A DNA stretch of 64,000 bases. Source: a bacterium. Lineage in GTDB: Bacteria > UBA8248 > JACPRG01 > G963555815. The number at the start of each line of letters is the position of its first letter. Position 1 is the stretch's first letter. The translations under genes and the position numbers were made by a program. Positions 50,861 to 60,982 of this stretch are shown piece by piece. The stretch covers positions 1,753,419 to 1,817,418 of the forward strand of contig CBDHDG010000006.1 of the NCBI GenBank assembly GCA_965261595.1. The letters are read 5' to 3'. The notes below the pieces were generated by a model, which was not told the origin of the DNA, did no database searches, and worked only from the letters and a program-made list of their open reading frames with translations.

Positions 50861-53394
50861 TCGAGCGCCTCAAGGACCTGCTCAGGGGACCGGACGCGCT
50901 TCAGCCCTGGATCCTTCCGGCCCTGCCGGCGCCCCTCGCCGGCCTCTTGCCCTGGCGGGCCTGGGACGAAGGGAGCGAGCTCTATATCAACGCCGCGAGC
51001 TGCGGCTTCCTGCTGGAGCTGCCGCCCTTCGTGGGCATCGACGAGGAGACCCTGGGCGCGCTGGCCGGCACGCTCGCCGACGCCGCGCCCGAGCGCGCGG
51101 TGGTGCAGATCATCCATTGGACGAGCCCGCGCTACGGGGCGGCGATCCGGAGCTGGGCCGAACCCCGGCGCCTGACGGGCGGGGTACAGGCGGGGATGGC
51201 GGCGCGGCGCAGGGCCCTGTTTGCCCATGCCGGATGGCGCCCCCTCCATGCGAGCGGACCGCCGTTCACGCTGAACGACTGCCGGGTGTTCCTCGCGGCC
51301 TGCCTGGCGGGCCCGGCCGGACCGGCGGCCGAGACCGCCCTCGGGGGGTTCCGGCGGGCCTTGGAAGGCACGCTCGCCTCGGCCGGCGCCGAGGCGCGGC
51401 GGGTCGAGCCGGACGTTCTGCTGTCCCTCGCCGCGGAGATCACGGCCCCCGACCTGGCGGGAGAGCATGACGGCGGGCTCGACAGGCCGCAAAGGCGCTG
51501 GTCGCCCAGAGACCCCATTCATCTTCAGTGCGCGGCGCCGGGCCGGGCCCTGACCGTTGCGCCCACGGGCCTGGTCTTCCTTCACCCGGACGGGACGGAC
51601 GTGGCGGTGCGCGTGCTCTCGGCCCGGGCCTTCCCCGACGTCTGGCCCGGCTGGCGCGGCAACGCGCTGATCGGAGACTTCCACCGGGACTTCCTGCAGC
51701 CGGGCGCCCCGGTCCTGACCGCCCTCACCGTGACGATGGGCGACGCGGCCGCCGGCGAGCGCGCCTTCCTCAAGTCGGCCCGGGCCACGCAGCAGGCGGG
51801 CACGGGGATCGCGCGCTATTTGCCGGGCCTGCCCGAGAAGGCCCGGGACTGGCGCTTCGTCACCGAGCGGCTGAAGAACGGCGAGCGGCTGGTCAAGGCC
51901 TGCTACACGATCGCGGTCTACGCGCCCCTGGACGCCATCGACGAGGCCGAGCAGGCGGTGCGGGCCATCTATCACGGCCAGGGCTGGCGCCTGGGCGCGG
52001 AGCGCTACGCCCACCTGCCGGCCTGGCTCGCCTGTCTGCCCATGGTTCCGGCGGGCGGGCTCGACGCCGACCTCGCCCGTATGGGCCGGATGAAGACCCT
52101 GCTCACCTCCTCGGCCGTCAATCTCGCGCCGGTGCACGGCGAGTGGCGCGGCCAGGGAGCGTCGCCCGACGCGCCGCCGGCCCTGCTCCTGATCGGAAGG
52201 CGGGGCCAGCCCGCGTGCTGGTCCCCCTTCGCCAACGAGGCCGGCAACTACAACGTGGCCGTGACCGGCAAGTCCGGGTCGGGCAAGTCGGTCCTGATGC
52301 AGGAGCTGGTCGCGGGCATCGCGGGCGCGGGCGGCGAGGCCGTGGTGATCGATGACGGGCGTTCCTTCCAGCACACGGCCGAGGCCCTCGGCGGCGTCTT
52401 CATCGCCTTCGGCAAGGACCCGGCGAGACTCAACCCCTTCGCCATGATCGACGCGGACGTGGCGGCCCGGGACGGGGACTACCGGGAGGAGTGCTTTGCC
52501 ATGCTGGCCGCCGTGGTCGGGCGCATGTGCCGAAGGCGCGGGCGCATCGACGACATCGAGGCGGCGCTCATCGACGAGGCCATCGCGCGCGCCTGGGAGG
52601 AGGCCGGCAACGGCGCCGACCTCGGGACCGTGCAGCGCCGGCTGGAGGCGGCGGGCGACCGGCGGGCATCGGACATGGCTCTCGCCCTCGGACCGTGGCG
52701 GCCGGGCGGCGCGCTCGGGCGGCTCTTCGAGGGATCGGAGACCCCGGCCCTGGACGCCGCGCTCACCGTGTTCGAGCTCGCCGAGCTCAAGGGCCGGGGC
52801 GACGTCCAGGGCGTGGTGCTGATGCTGGTGGTCTTCCTCGCCACCCAGCGCATGTATCACGGCCCCAGAACCCGGCCCAAGGCGATCGTCATCGACGAGG
52901 CCTGGGACCTCCTGTCGGGCGAGGACAGCCGGGCCTTCCTCGAGGGCGCGGCCAGGCGGGCGCGCAAGTACCGGGGCGCGCTCGTCACCGGCACCCAGAG
53001 CGTCAACGACTACTACGCCAACCCCGCGGCCCGGGCGGCCTGGGACAACGCCGACTGGACCATCTTCCTGGCCCAGAAGGACGAGTCCGTCGAGCTCCTC
53101 AAACAGGAAAAGCGCATCCACTGCGATCCCGGCATGGAGCGGGCCCTCAAGAGCCTGGCCACCGTGGACGGGCGCCATGCCGAGCTGGTGCTGCACGGTC
53201 CGGACGGCTGGCGCGTGGCGCGGCTCGCCCTGGACCCCTGGTCGGTAGCTCTCTATTCATCGCGCGGGCCGGCCTTCGCCGCGGTCGAGCGGCTGAAGGC
53301 CGAAGGCCTCACCACCGAGCAGGCCATCGACCGCATCGCCGACGGCGACGGTCCGGAGGCCACGACAGCCGGCCCTGCGGGCAGCGCGCCGTGA
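50857..53394 (+). CDS. traC: TraC (VirB4-like ATPase)
   Basis: NYNVAVTGKSGSGKS, IDDGRS, IDEAW, RRARKY. Confidence 0.95.
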   Translation: MIERLKDLLRGPDALQPWILPALPAPLAGLLPWRAWDEGSELYINAASCGFLLELPPFVGIDEETLGALAGTLADAAPERAVVQIIHWTSPRYGAAIRSWAEPRRLTGGVQAGMAARRRALFAHAGWRPLHASGPPFTLNDCRVFLAACLAGPAGPAAETALGGFRRALEGTLASAGAEARRVEPDVLLSLAAEITAPDLAGEHDGGLDRPQRRWSPRDPIHLQCAAPGRALTVAPTGLVFLHPDGTDVAVRVLSARAFPDVWPGWRGNALIGDFHRDFLQPGAPVLTALTVTMGDAAAGERAFLKSARATQQAGTGIARYLPGLPEKARDWRFVTERLKNGERLVKACYTIAVYAPLDAIDEAEQAVRAIYHGQGWRLGAERYAHLPAWLACLPMVPAGGLDADLARMGRMKTLLTSSAVNLAPVHGEWRGQGASPDAPPALLLIGRRGQPACWSPFANEAGNYNVAVTGKSGSGKSVLMQELVAGIAGAGGEAVVIDDGRSFQHTAEALGGVFIAFGKDPARLNPFAMIDADVAARDGDYREECFAMLAAVVGRMCRRRGRIDDIEAALIDEAIARAWEEAGNGADLGTVQRRLEAAGDRRASDMALALGPWRPGGALGRLFEGSETPALDAALTVFELAELKGRGDVQGVVLMLVVFLATQRMYHGPRTRPKAIVIDEAWDLLSGEDSRAFLEGAARRARKYRGALVTGTQSVNDYYANPAARAAWDNADWTIFLAQKDESVELLKQEKRIHCDPGMERALKSLATVDGRHAELVLHGPDGWRVARLALDPWSVALYSSRGPAFAAVERLKAEGLTTEQAIDRIADGDGPEATTAGPAGSAP

Positions 53395-53427
53395 CGGCCT
53401 CCATAGCTTAAACAGAAGGAGACGCAC

Positions 53428-54162
53428 ATGAGCAAGGACAGGAACAGGCGGGCGCCATCGAGTGCTGCGACACGGGCGGAGAAGCCCCGATCCGGGGATC
53501 GGCCCCTCGCCTGGCCGGAAGATCCGGAGGGGCTGACCCCGGACGCCGTCGACTTCGAGGCCCTGGCCCACGTGCTGGCCAACACCTGCCGCAGGGGCGG
53601 CCGGCTCAGGCGGTTCCACTCGCTGGCGGCCCACGCGGTGCTGATGAGCGAGGAGATCGAGGCCTTTGAAGGATCCGGGGACCGCCGGGAGGCGGCCCTC
53701 TACGCCCTTCTGGCGGACGCGAGCGTCGCGTGGCTGGGAACAAAGGCCGCTTCCTCCCAGCGCGGGGCGGAGCGGCTGAAGCGGCTCGGCGGGACCATCG
53801 ACCGGGCCGTGCGCGAGTCGGCCGGGCTCGATGCGGAGCCCTCCCCGGAGCAGGCGGAACTGCTGCGTTTCGTGGCCCGCATGGCCGAGGCCGCGGAGGA
53901 CCGGGACCTGCCGGGCGCGCGCGACGGCGCGGCTTCCGCGGTCGCCTTCCCGCCCCTTAAGCGCCGCATCCGGACCGTGGTTCCCGATCGGGCGGCCAGG
54001 CTCTGGCTGGACCGCTTCCGGGCCCTGAAAGGGCAGGAGGGCGCGGGACGGGGCCCCATCGCGTCCGCCCAGAGGGAGTCCCGTGGCACGCACGACCCCA
54101 CCCCACCGGAGGAGCTTCATGTCACGCGCGAACAGACGGCGCCGGAACGGGCTGCGTCATGA
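53428..54162 (+). CDS. Degenerate HD-domain (YfbR/phage nucleotide hydrolase-like) protein
   Basis: LAHVLANTCR.GG...HSLAAHAV...ALLADASVAWLG versus the family pattern LLHDAxEAYLGD. Confidence 0.65.
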   Translation: MSKDRNRRAPSSAATRAEKPRSGDRPLAWPEDPEGLTPDAVDFEALAHVLANTCRRGGRLRRFHSLAAHAVLMSEEIEAFEGSGDRREAALYALLADASVAWLGTKAASSQRGAERLKRLGGTIDRAVRESAGLDAEPSPEQAELLRFVARMAEAAEDRDLPGARDGAASAVAFPPLKRRIRTVVPDRAARLWLDRFRALKGQEGAGRGPIASAQRESRGTHDPTPPEELHVTREQTAPERAAS

Positions 54163-54539
54163 GCGGGCCCACGGCGTTGGCCGCCGCGCTTGTGCTGAGT
54201 GCCGGGGTGGCCGCGGCGGTCTCGGCCGTCACGGCGCGCATGGCCCTGGAGAGGGTCCCGCGCATCGCGAGCGTGCGGCTTGCCGAGCTCACGGCAGACT
54301 ACATGGCCAAGGCCGCCCGGGAGCACGGCGACCAAGAGGAGGCCGTAAAAGCCGTGCGCGGCTGGGCGCGCCGGTTGGAGGAGGCGCTCGTCCGGACGGC
54401 AGCCCGCCACCGCGCGGTGCTGCTGCCCGCAAGGGCGGTCGCCGCCGGCGCGCCGGACCTCACCGCCGAGATAAAGGCGGCGATCCAGACGGCCCTGTCC
54501 AAAACCCATCCCCCGACGAACACGGAGGACGAACGATGA
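54159..54539 (+). CDS. trbI: TrbI (F-type)
   Basis: N-terminal TM, AVAAGAPDLT; gene order. Confidence 0.75.
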   Translation: MSGPTALAAALVLSAGVAAAVSAVTARMALERVPRIASVRLAELTADYMAKAAREHGDQEEAVKAVRGWARRLEEALVRTAARHRAVLLPARAVAAGAPDLTAEIKAAIQTALSKTHPPTNTEDER

Positions 54540-55111
54540 GAGAGACCCTGCACGCCTTGCCGCGTGCGCCCGGACGGCGTGCGCCTGAACGAACCGGACG
54601 GGGCCGCAAGATCCTGCTCTGGATGGCCATGCTGGCCGCCCTGTGGCTCGTCGCGGTCTCGCGCGTCTACGTCAACGCGAGCTGGTCCGACGGAGCCTGG
54701 GGGTATTTCGTGCTGCCCCTCGTGGGAGAGTTCCAACGGGGCGACGCGGTCCTGTTCGACCCACCCGAGGAGGCCGGCTCGGGGATCCCCTACCTCAAGA
54801 CCGTGCGCGGCCTGCCCAGAGACCGGGTGGAGGTGGACAGGGAGCGCCGGGTCTCGGTGAACGGCGCGGTCCTCGGCGTTGCCAAGACGCATGCGCTTGA
54901 TGGGCGCAGGCTCGAGGCGATCGGGCCGGGCGTGATCCCGCCGGGCCGCTACTACGTCCACGCCGATCACGTGGACAGCCACGACAGCCGCTATTCGGAG
55001 ATCGGGCTCATCCCGCAAGAACGCATCCGGGGCCGGGCCTGGGCCCTGCCCGACGTCCCCTGGCTCGGGCTCAAGGGACCGCTCGCCAAACCCGAGGAGG
55101 CGCGGCCATGA
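54536..55111 (+). CDS. S26 conjugative pilin peptidase (TrhF-like)
   Basis: NASWS, YLK, SHDSRY. Confidence 0.85.
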   Translation: MRETLHALPRAPGRRAPERTGRGRKILLWMAMLAALWLVAVSRVYVNASWSDGAWGYFVLPLVGEFQRGDAVLFDPPEEAGSGIPYLKTVRGLPRDRVEVDRERRVSVNGAVLGVAKTHALDGRRLEAIGPGVIPPGRYYVHADHVDSHDSRYSEIGLIPQERIRGRAWALPDVPWLGLKGPLAKPEEARP

Positions 55112-55779
55112 CGCGGCGTGTTCTCCTGTCCCGTCTTCGGCTCATCGCGATTGCCTGCGTGCTGATGCTCGCGGCGCGGCCCGTACCCGCGAAGGACCTT
55201 GGCGTGCGCGGCGCGGTGTGGCCCATCGCCGAGCCCGACCTGCTCGAACGGATCGAGGCCCGGCTTGAAGCGCTGGAGTCCTCGGGCGACCTCACCCGCA
55301 TGCGCCGGGAGGCCCTGGACCGGGGCCGGGAGCGCATCGAGGCGCCCGGGCGCGTCGAGGGCATCGGGCCCGCGCGCGTCCGTCGCACCCGGCTGTTCGA
55401 TCCTTCGATCACGGTCGAGCAAGACGTCCGGGCGCACGATGGGACCCTGATTGCGGCCCGGGGCGCTCGGATCAACCCCCTCGAGGTGTACCCGCTGACC
55501 CGGGATCTGCTGTTCATCGACGGCGCGCGGCCGGCCGAGGTCACCTGGGCCCTCGGCCACGAACGGCCCGCGAAGATCGTGCTCCTGGCGGGCCGCCCGC
55601 TGGACCTGATGCGGCCCCACGAACGGCCGTTCTTCTTCGACCAGAACGGCCGGCTTGCGAAACGTTTCGGGCTCCGCGCCACCCCGTCCCTGGTCGCGGC
55701 CGAGGGATCCATGCTCAGGATCACGGAAGTGCCGCTCGACGACGAAGCCAATCCCGCGACCATCGGAGGGCGGCCATGA
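55108..55779 (+). CDS. traW: TraW
   Basis: DLGVRGAVWPIAEPD, FDPS, FFDQNG. Confidence 0.92.
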   Translation: MTRRVLLSRLRLIAIACVLMLAARPVPAKDLGVRGAVWPIAEPDLLERIEARLEALESSGDLTRMRREALDRGRERIEAPGRVEGIGPARVRRTRLFDPSITVEQDVRAHDGTLIAARGARINPLEVYPLTRDLLFIDGARPAEVTWALGHERPAKIVLLAGRPLDLMRPHERPFFFDQNGRLAKRFGLRATPSLVAAEGSMLRITEVPLDDEANPATIGGRP

Positions 55780-56777
55780 GATCCCTGAAGACCGTCTGCA
55801 CGGCGCTGGTCCTTGCCGGAGCCCTGTCCACGGGGACCGCTTCCGCCCAGTCCTGCACCGGGCGTTTCGTGAACCCCGTCACGGACGTGTGCTGGGAGTG
55901 TCTTTTGCCGATCTCGATCGGGCCGATCCGCATGGGCAGCGCCACGGGCGCGCCGGACACGCCCAATCCGGGATCGCCGATCTGCCTCTGCGGCAAGCCG
56001 ATCCCCCGGATCGGACTCTCCCTGGGCTTGTGGGAGCCGGCGCGGCTGATCGACGTCAGCCGCGCGCCCTGGTGCTTCCCCAATCTCGGGGGCATGACCA
56101 TCGACCCGGGCCTGCCCGCGGGGCGCGGACGTACTGGCTCCTCGGGCGGCGACGGCGCCTCGGGCTCTGTGTGGCACGTCCATGACTACGTCTATCCGCT
56201 CCTGTCCTGGATCGGGGCCCTGCTCGACATCGGCTGCCTTGAAAGCGGGGGGCTCGACATCGCCTGGGTCTCCGAGCTCGACCCGGCCTGGCTCGACGAC
56301 GAGCTGTCCTTCCTGTTGAACCCGGAAGCCGCGCTGTTCGCGGACCTGCCGGCCCAGGCGGCCTGCGCCGCCGATTGCGCCGCCGCCTCGGCTGGCCTGC
56401 CGCTCGACCCCCTGTTCTGGTGCGCGGGCTGCCAGGGCGGGATGTATCCCCTGACCGGCAACGTGGCCGCCCACGTGGGCGGGGTCCAGGCCTCGCTCCT
56501 CGTGGCCCAGCGGCTCGTGTTCCGTCTTCACCGGCTGCTGCTCGCCTGGGGCACGTCGGGGCCGGCGGCGCTCTGCGGGCGCTATCCCATGCCCATCATG
56601 AAGAAGTCCCAGTACCGCTGGCAGATGACCCAGCCGGTCCCGGCCACGTCGCCCCTCACCGGCTGCAACCCCACGGGCCGGTCCTCGGTGATCTGGGAAG
56701 CGCTGCGCGAGCTGCCGGTGGCGGGCGAGAACTTCGGCTATCTGCTCTGGCGCAAGCGCAACTGCTGTCTGCTCTGA
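55776..56777 (+). CDS. traU: TraU
   Basis: NPVTDVCWEC, WCAGCQG, WRKRNCC. Confidence 0.95.
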   Translation: MRSLKTVCTALVLAGALSTGTASAQSCTGRFVNPVTDVCWECLLPISIGPIRMGSATGAPDTPNPGSPICLCGKPIPRIGLSLGLWEPARLIDVSRAPWCFPNLGGMTIDPGLPAGRGRTGSSGGDGASGSVWHVHDYVYPLLSWIGALLDIGCLESGGLDIAWVSELDPAWLDDELSFLLNPEAALFADLPAQAACAADCAAASAGLPLDPLFWCAGCQGGMYPLTGNVAAHVGGVQASLLVAQRLVFRLHRLLLAWGTSGPAALCGRYPMPIMKKSQYRWQMTQPVPATSPLTGCNPTGRSSVIWEALRELPVAGENFGYLLWRKRNCCLL

Positions 56778-56787
56778 GGAGGCTGAC

Positions 56788-57501
56788 ATGAACGATAACC
56801 CGATTCGTAAGACCATCCCGGCTCTCGCCTGCGCGCTCGTGATGGCGGCCTGGTGCGGCCCGGCCCGGGCCCAGGGAAAAGCCAAGGACTTGGCGCGCGA
56901 TACTGTCGATCAGGTCCTGCGGCAACCGGCAAAAGTCCGTGACGGGGACCTGGACGCCTGGTCGCGCTCGGTGATCGAGCGCGCGCTGGAACGCGCGGGC
57001 AAAAACGCCCCCGGGGCCTCCGGCCCCCTCCCGGCCGAACGTCATGCCGGCCGCGTTGCCCGCGGCCTTTCCGAGCGTCCCCATGGCCCCGAGGTCATCG
57101 TCTTCATGAGCCTCTCGGCGCCCGCGGCGAGCTGGCGGCAGTGGAGCCGCGAGGCGGCGCGGATCGGCGCGCCGCTGGTGCTGCGCGGGCTCGGCCCGGA
57201 CGGGTTGCAGGCCACGGTGAAACGCATCGGCCCGTACCTGGGCCGCAAGTCCGGCGCAACAATCGATCCGCGTCTGTTCCGGATCTTCGGCATCGAGGCG
57301 ATCCCGGCCGTCGCGGTGGTCCCGGGCGGGGTCCCGCCCTGCACTAGCCGGGGTTGCGCCGCGGATCCCGCGCCGCCCCACGACCGCATCGCGGGGAACA
57401 TCGGCCTGGAAGCGGCGCTCGAGGCCATCGCCGCCGAGGGAGGGCCGGGCCGCGCGGCCGCGCGCCGCCATCTCGCAAGCCTGAGAGGAAACTTGCCATG
57501 A
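56788..57501 (+). CDS. trbC: TrbC (F-type pilus assembly)
   Basis: VFMSLS, LVLRG, IDPRLF, AGNI. Confidence 0.88.
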   Translation: MNDNPIRKTIPALACALVMAAWCGPARAQGKAKDLARDTVDQVLRQPAKVRDGDLDAWSRSVIERALERAGKNAPGASGPLPAERHAGRVARGLSERPHGPEVIVFMSLSAPAASWRQWSREAARIGAPLVLRGLGPDGLQATVKRIGPYLGRKSGATIDPRLFRIFGIEAIPAVAVVPGGVPPCTSRGCAADPAPPHDRIAGNIGLEAALEAIAAEGGPGRAAARRHLASLRGNLP

Positions 57502-58697
57502 ACCGCAAGGACGACACGAACGAAAATCCGGAACCCGGTTCCGATCGCAGCTTCGAAGCCCTCATGGAGGCGAAGCGGCCAAGGCTTCAGATGGCGCGAA
57601 TCGAGGCCTGGGGACGCTTCCCTTGCTGGACGATGGCCGCGAAGGCCTTCGTCCTGGCCCTGGTGGTCCTGACGCACCTCGTCAACGGCCCCGCCCGGGC
57701 CGAAGACCCGGCAGCGGCGGCCCGCGCGATCGGCCAGGCGGGACAAGCCGCGGCGGGCGCCATCGCGAAGGATGCGGATTCCGCCGCCCATGTGCCGGGC
57801 TACGGTGGAACGAGCCTGCCAGAGAGGGGCCTGGGCGCGGGCGAACTAAGAAACGCCGCGAACCGGGTGATAAACGATCCCGCCGATCCCGGGGGCCAAG
57901 CCGGCCGCGCGGTGATCGAGGGTACGGTCAAGCGCCCGGACGCCCCGGTCAAGGCGGACGATCCGATGGTGAGGCGCGGGGACGGGATCCAAGGCGACGC
58001 CCATTCCCCCCTCTGGGGCGCGGACGGGATCGCCTCCGGATCGGTGAACGACTGCAAGGCGGGACTCGAGCGCGCCGGGGCCGGCGGCCATTGCGGCTCG
58101 GTCTCCTGGTGCGTGGGCGCCGAGTGCGGAACCGCGGCGTCCCGGGCCAACACCGGGTTCGTCGATTCGGCGGCCCGGCTCAACATGGCCATCGAGCTGG
58201 GCGGAGAGGAATTCGACCGCCAGACCCTCCGGTTCTTCAGGGGCGATCGCCAGTCCTGCCGGATCCAGTGGGGAGGCCTCGCCGATTGCTGCAAGAACTC
58301 GGGCGCGCTCGTGGGCGTGGCCGGCTGCACCAAGGAGGAACGCCTCCTGGCCGAGGAGCGCCATGCCGGGAACACGCATTACCTGGGCAAGGGATGCGCG
58401 AAGCGGATCTTCGGCGTGTGCATCCGCTGGAAACGTTCCTGGTGCGTGTTCGGCTCCAAGCTCGGGCGCATCCTGCAGGAAGCGACACGCGGCCAGCTCG
58501 GGATCGGCTGGGGCAGCTGCCGCGGCTTCACGGTCGATGAGATGGAACGCATCGACTTCGAGGCCGTGGACCTCTCCGAGTTCACCGAGAATCTGACCGA
58601 CGGGTCGTATGAGCCCTCGATCGAGCTTCCGGAAGCCGGCCGAACCGGCGCGGTGATGCGTGAGCGCATCCACGGCTTCTACACCAAAAGCAAGTGA
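57498..58697 (+). CDS. traN: TraN mating-pair stabilisation protein (short)
   Basis: Cys-rich C-terminus, DCC, WCVFGSKLGRILQE, CRGFT, IDF...DLSEF. Confidence 0.9.
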   Translation: MNRKDDTNENPEPGSDRSFEALMEAKRPRLQMARIEAWGRFPCWTMAAKAFVLALVVLTHLVNGPARAEDPAAAARAIGQAGQAAAGAIAKDADSAAHVPGYGGTSLPERGLGAGELRNAANRVINDPADPGGQAGRAVIEGTVKRPDAPVKADDPMVRRGDGIQGDAHSPLWGADGIASGSVNDCKAGLERAGAGGHCGSVSWCVGAECGTAASRANTGFVDSAARLNMAIELGGEEFDRQTLRFFRGDRQSCRIQWGGLADCCKNSGALVGVAGCTKEERLLAEERHAGNTHYLGKGCAKRIFGVCIRWKRSWCVFGSKLGRILQEATRGQLGIGWGSCRGFTVDEMERIDFEAVDLSEFTENLTDGSYEPSIELPEAGRTGAVMRERIHGFYTKSK

Positions 58698-58708
58698 AGG
58701 GGGCAGCC

Positions 58709-59542
58709 ATGACCATCCCGTACGCCCTCGCACTCGCCTGCCTCCTCGCCGTCCTCGCGGCGCTGCCCGCGGATGCGCGGGAATGGCGGCCTTGGTGCGG
58801 TCCCCGATCGGGCCCAAATCGGGAGACTGAGCCCTCGCTCGGCTGGCACTTCTATTGCGACCGGAACGAGGAAGACGCGGAAGAGGACGCGCCGGCGGCG
58901 CAAACGCCTCCCGCAAGACCCTCTTCGCGGCCCGAGACCGCAATGGAGCGCCTCCTGGGGATGCGCCGGGCCCTGGAGGAAGCCCGGGCCAGGGCGATCC
59001 TGGACCCGAGCCCGGAGAACGTCACGGCCTACCTGCGCCTCCAGCAGGAGACCCTGCAAAAAGCCGCCTCCTTCTCGGACGCCTTCCGCCGCACGGTCTG
59101 GGCGAGCCCGGATCTCGATTACACGCTGAAGCGTCCGGTGGGCGCCCTGGCCAAGCAGGTCTGGTCGGAGCAGCGCCGGGCCGAGCGCGACGCCGTCCTG
59201 GCCCGGCTCGGCGAGCGTTACGGCCTCATCTATCTCGGCCATGCGCGATGCCCGGGATGCCGCGTGTTCGGCCCCCTTCTGCGCGCCTTCGCGCTGCGCC
59301 ACGGCCTCGACGTGCTCGCGGTCTCGATGACGGGCGAGCCCCTCGATGGGTGGCCCGAGGCGGTCCCCGACCAGGGCCGCGCCGCGCGTCTCGGCCTCGA
59401 GGCCCCGGTGTTCCCCGCCCTTGTCCTCTACGACACGCGAACCAGGCGGGCGCTTCCGGTTTCCTTCGGCGTGGTCGCCAAGGACCAGCTCGCCGAGCGC
59501 ATCTTCACCCTCACCGCACGGGAGATCGGACATGACTATTAA
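58709..59542 (+). CDS. traF: TraF (thioredoxin-like)
   Basis: GWHFYC, AILDPS, PDLDY, CPGC. Confidence 0.9.
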   Translation: MTIPYALALACLLAVLAALPADAREWRPWCGPRSGPNRETEPSLGWHFYCDRNEEDAEEDAPAAQTPPARPSSRPETAMERLLGMRRALEEARARAILDPSPENVTAYLRLQQETLQKAASFSDAFRRTVWASPDLDYTLKRPVGALAKQVWSEQRRAERDAVLARLGERYGLIYLGHARCPGCRVFGPLLRAFALRHGLDVLAVSMTGEPLDGWPEAVPDQGRAARLGLEAPVFPALVLYDTRTRRALPVSFGVVAKDQLAERIFTLTAREIGHDY

Positions 59543-60971
59543 GCAAAGGATTGCGGGCATGACCATGGCTGCCCGCGAATTCGTGCTCGTGTGGGCCATC
59601 TCGCTCTGCCTCGCCCCGCCCGCGGGCGCGGACGTGCTCTCGGAGATGGAGAGCTTCTGGAGGGGCGCGGCGGTGAACACCACCGGGCCGACCGCCTTCG
59701 ACGGCCAGGCCTCGGGCCACTGGACCCTGGGCAACCTCTACCTGCGCGCCCCCGTGCGCTCCGAGCCCATCGCCACGGTGAGCCTGCCCTCCTTCCGGGC
59801 CGGCTGCGGCGGCATCGACACGTTCGCCGGCGCCTTCTCCTTCATCAATTCCGACCAGCTGATCGCCTTTGGCCGCGCCGTGGCCCAGAACGCCGCGGGC
59901 TTCGCCTTCGAGCTGGCGCTCGAGACCATCTCGCCGGTGATCGCCGAGACCCTGTCCAAGCTCCGGGCCCTGGCCCAGTGGGTGAACAGCCAGAACCTCA
60001 ACTCCTGCGAGACCGCCCAGGCCCTGGTCGGGGCGGTCTGGTCCAAAAACGACCGGGCGAGCGCGGCGATCTGTGCGGCCATCGGCACGCGACAGGGGAT
60101 CTTCTCCGACTACGCCGCCGCCCGCCACGGCTGCGGCGCGGACGGCAAGCGCCACTCGACCCTGGCCGCCGCCTCGGGACCGCTCAAGGACCAGGCCCCG
60201 GTCAACGTCAACTACGCCTGGCGCGCGGTGAGGGCGTCGGGCTTCCTGGCGTCCGACCGGGATCTCGGCGAGTTCGCCATGTCGATCTCGGGCACCGCGA
60301 TCGTCACCGCCCCGGTCTCCGACGGCGACACCTCCGGCCCCAGGATACGCATCCTGGAGCCGCTGGCCCTTGACCGCCGGGTGACCGAGATCCTGATGGA
60401 GGGGGGAGGCGACCTCCCGGTCTATCGCTGCGACACCTCCGTCGACTGTCTCAACCCCGTCCTCGGACGGCTCACCGTGCCGGCGGCGCGGGGTTTCCGG
60501 GACCGGGTGGCCGGCCTGCTCCGCCGGCTGGTCGAGGCGGTGCGCGCCGACACGGCGCCCCCGGCCGACGCGCTGGGGCTCGTCAATCTCACCACCCTGC
60601 CGGTCTACCGGGTGATCAACACGGCCGCCGCCTACCGCGGGGCGGTGGTGGACCAGGAGGTGGACGCGCTGGCCGAGGCGGTGGCCCTCGACGTGCTCCA
60701 GGTCTGGATCTCGGACCTCCACCGGACGGTCGAGGAACGCGCCGGCACCCTGGACATCGCCGACGGCGACCAGTTGGAGCGCTGGCGCGAGGGGCTGCGC
60801 CGGAACCGGGCCGCCCTCGCCAAACACCGCCACGAGGGGCTGGAGCGGTTCAACACCGCCCTCGCCGTCGTGGAGAAGCTCAGGCTGATCGAGACCGAGC
60901 TCGCGGGCGCGCTCTCGGCCGATCTCAGGGCGGCGCTCGCCTTCTCCCGGGGCGGCGCAGGAGCCCGGTAG
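59532..60971 (+). CDS. traH: TraH
   Basis: PSFRAGCGGIDTFAGAFSFIN, NSCETA. Confidence 0.93.
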   Translation: MTIKQRIAGMTMAAREFVLVWAISLCLAPPAGADVLSEMESFWRGAAVNTTGPTAFDGQASGHWTLGNLYLRAPVRSEPIATVSLPSFRAGCGGIDTFAGAFSFINSDQLIAFGRAVAQNAAGFAFELALETISPVIAETLSKLRALAQWVNSQNLNSCETAQALVGAVWSKNDRASAAICAAIGTRQGIFSDYAAARHGCGADGKRHSTLAAASGPLKDQAPVNVNYAWRAVRASGFLASDRDLGEFAMSISGTAIVTAPVSDGDTSGPRIRILEPLALDRRVTEILMEGGGDLPVYRCDTSVDCLNPVLGRLTVPAARGFRDRVAGLLRRLVEAVRADTAPPADALGLVNLTTLPVYRVINTAAAYRGAVVDQEVDALAEAVALDVLQVWISDLHRTVEERAGTLDIADGDQLERWREGLRRNRAALAKHRHEGLERFNTALAVVEKLRLIETELAGALSADLRAALAFSRGGAGAR

Positions 60972-60982
60972 GGGCAACGACC

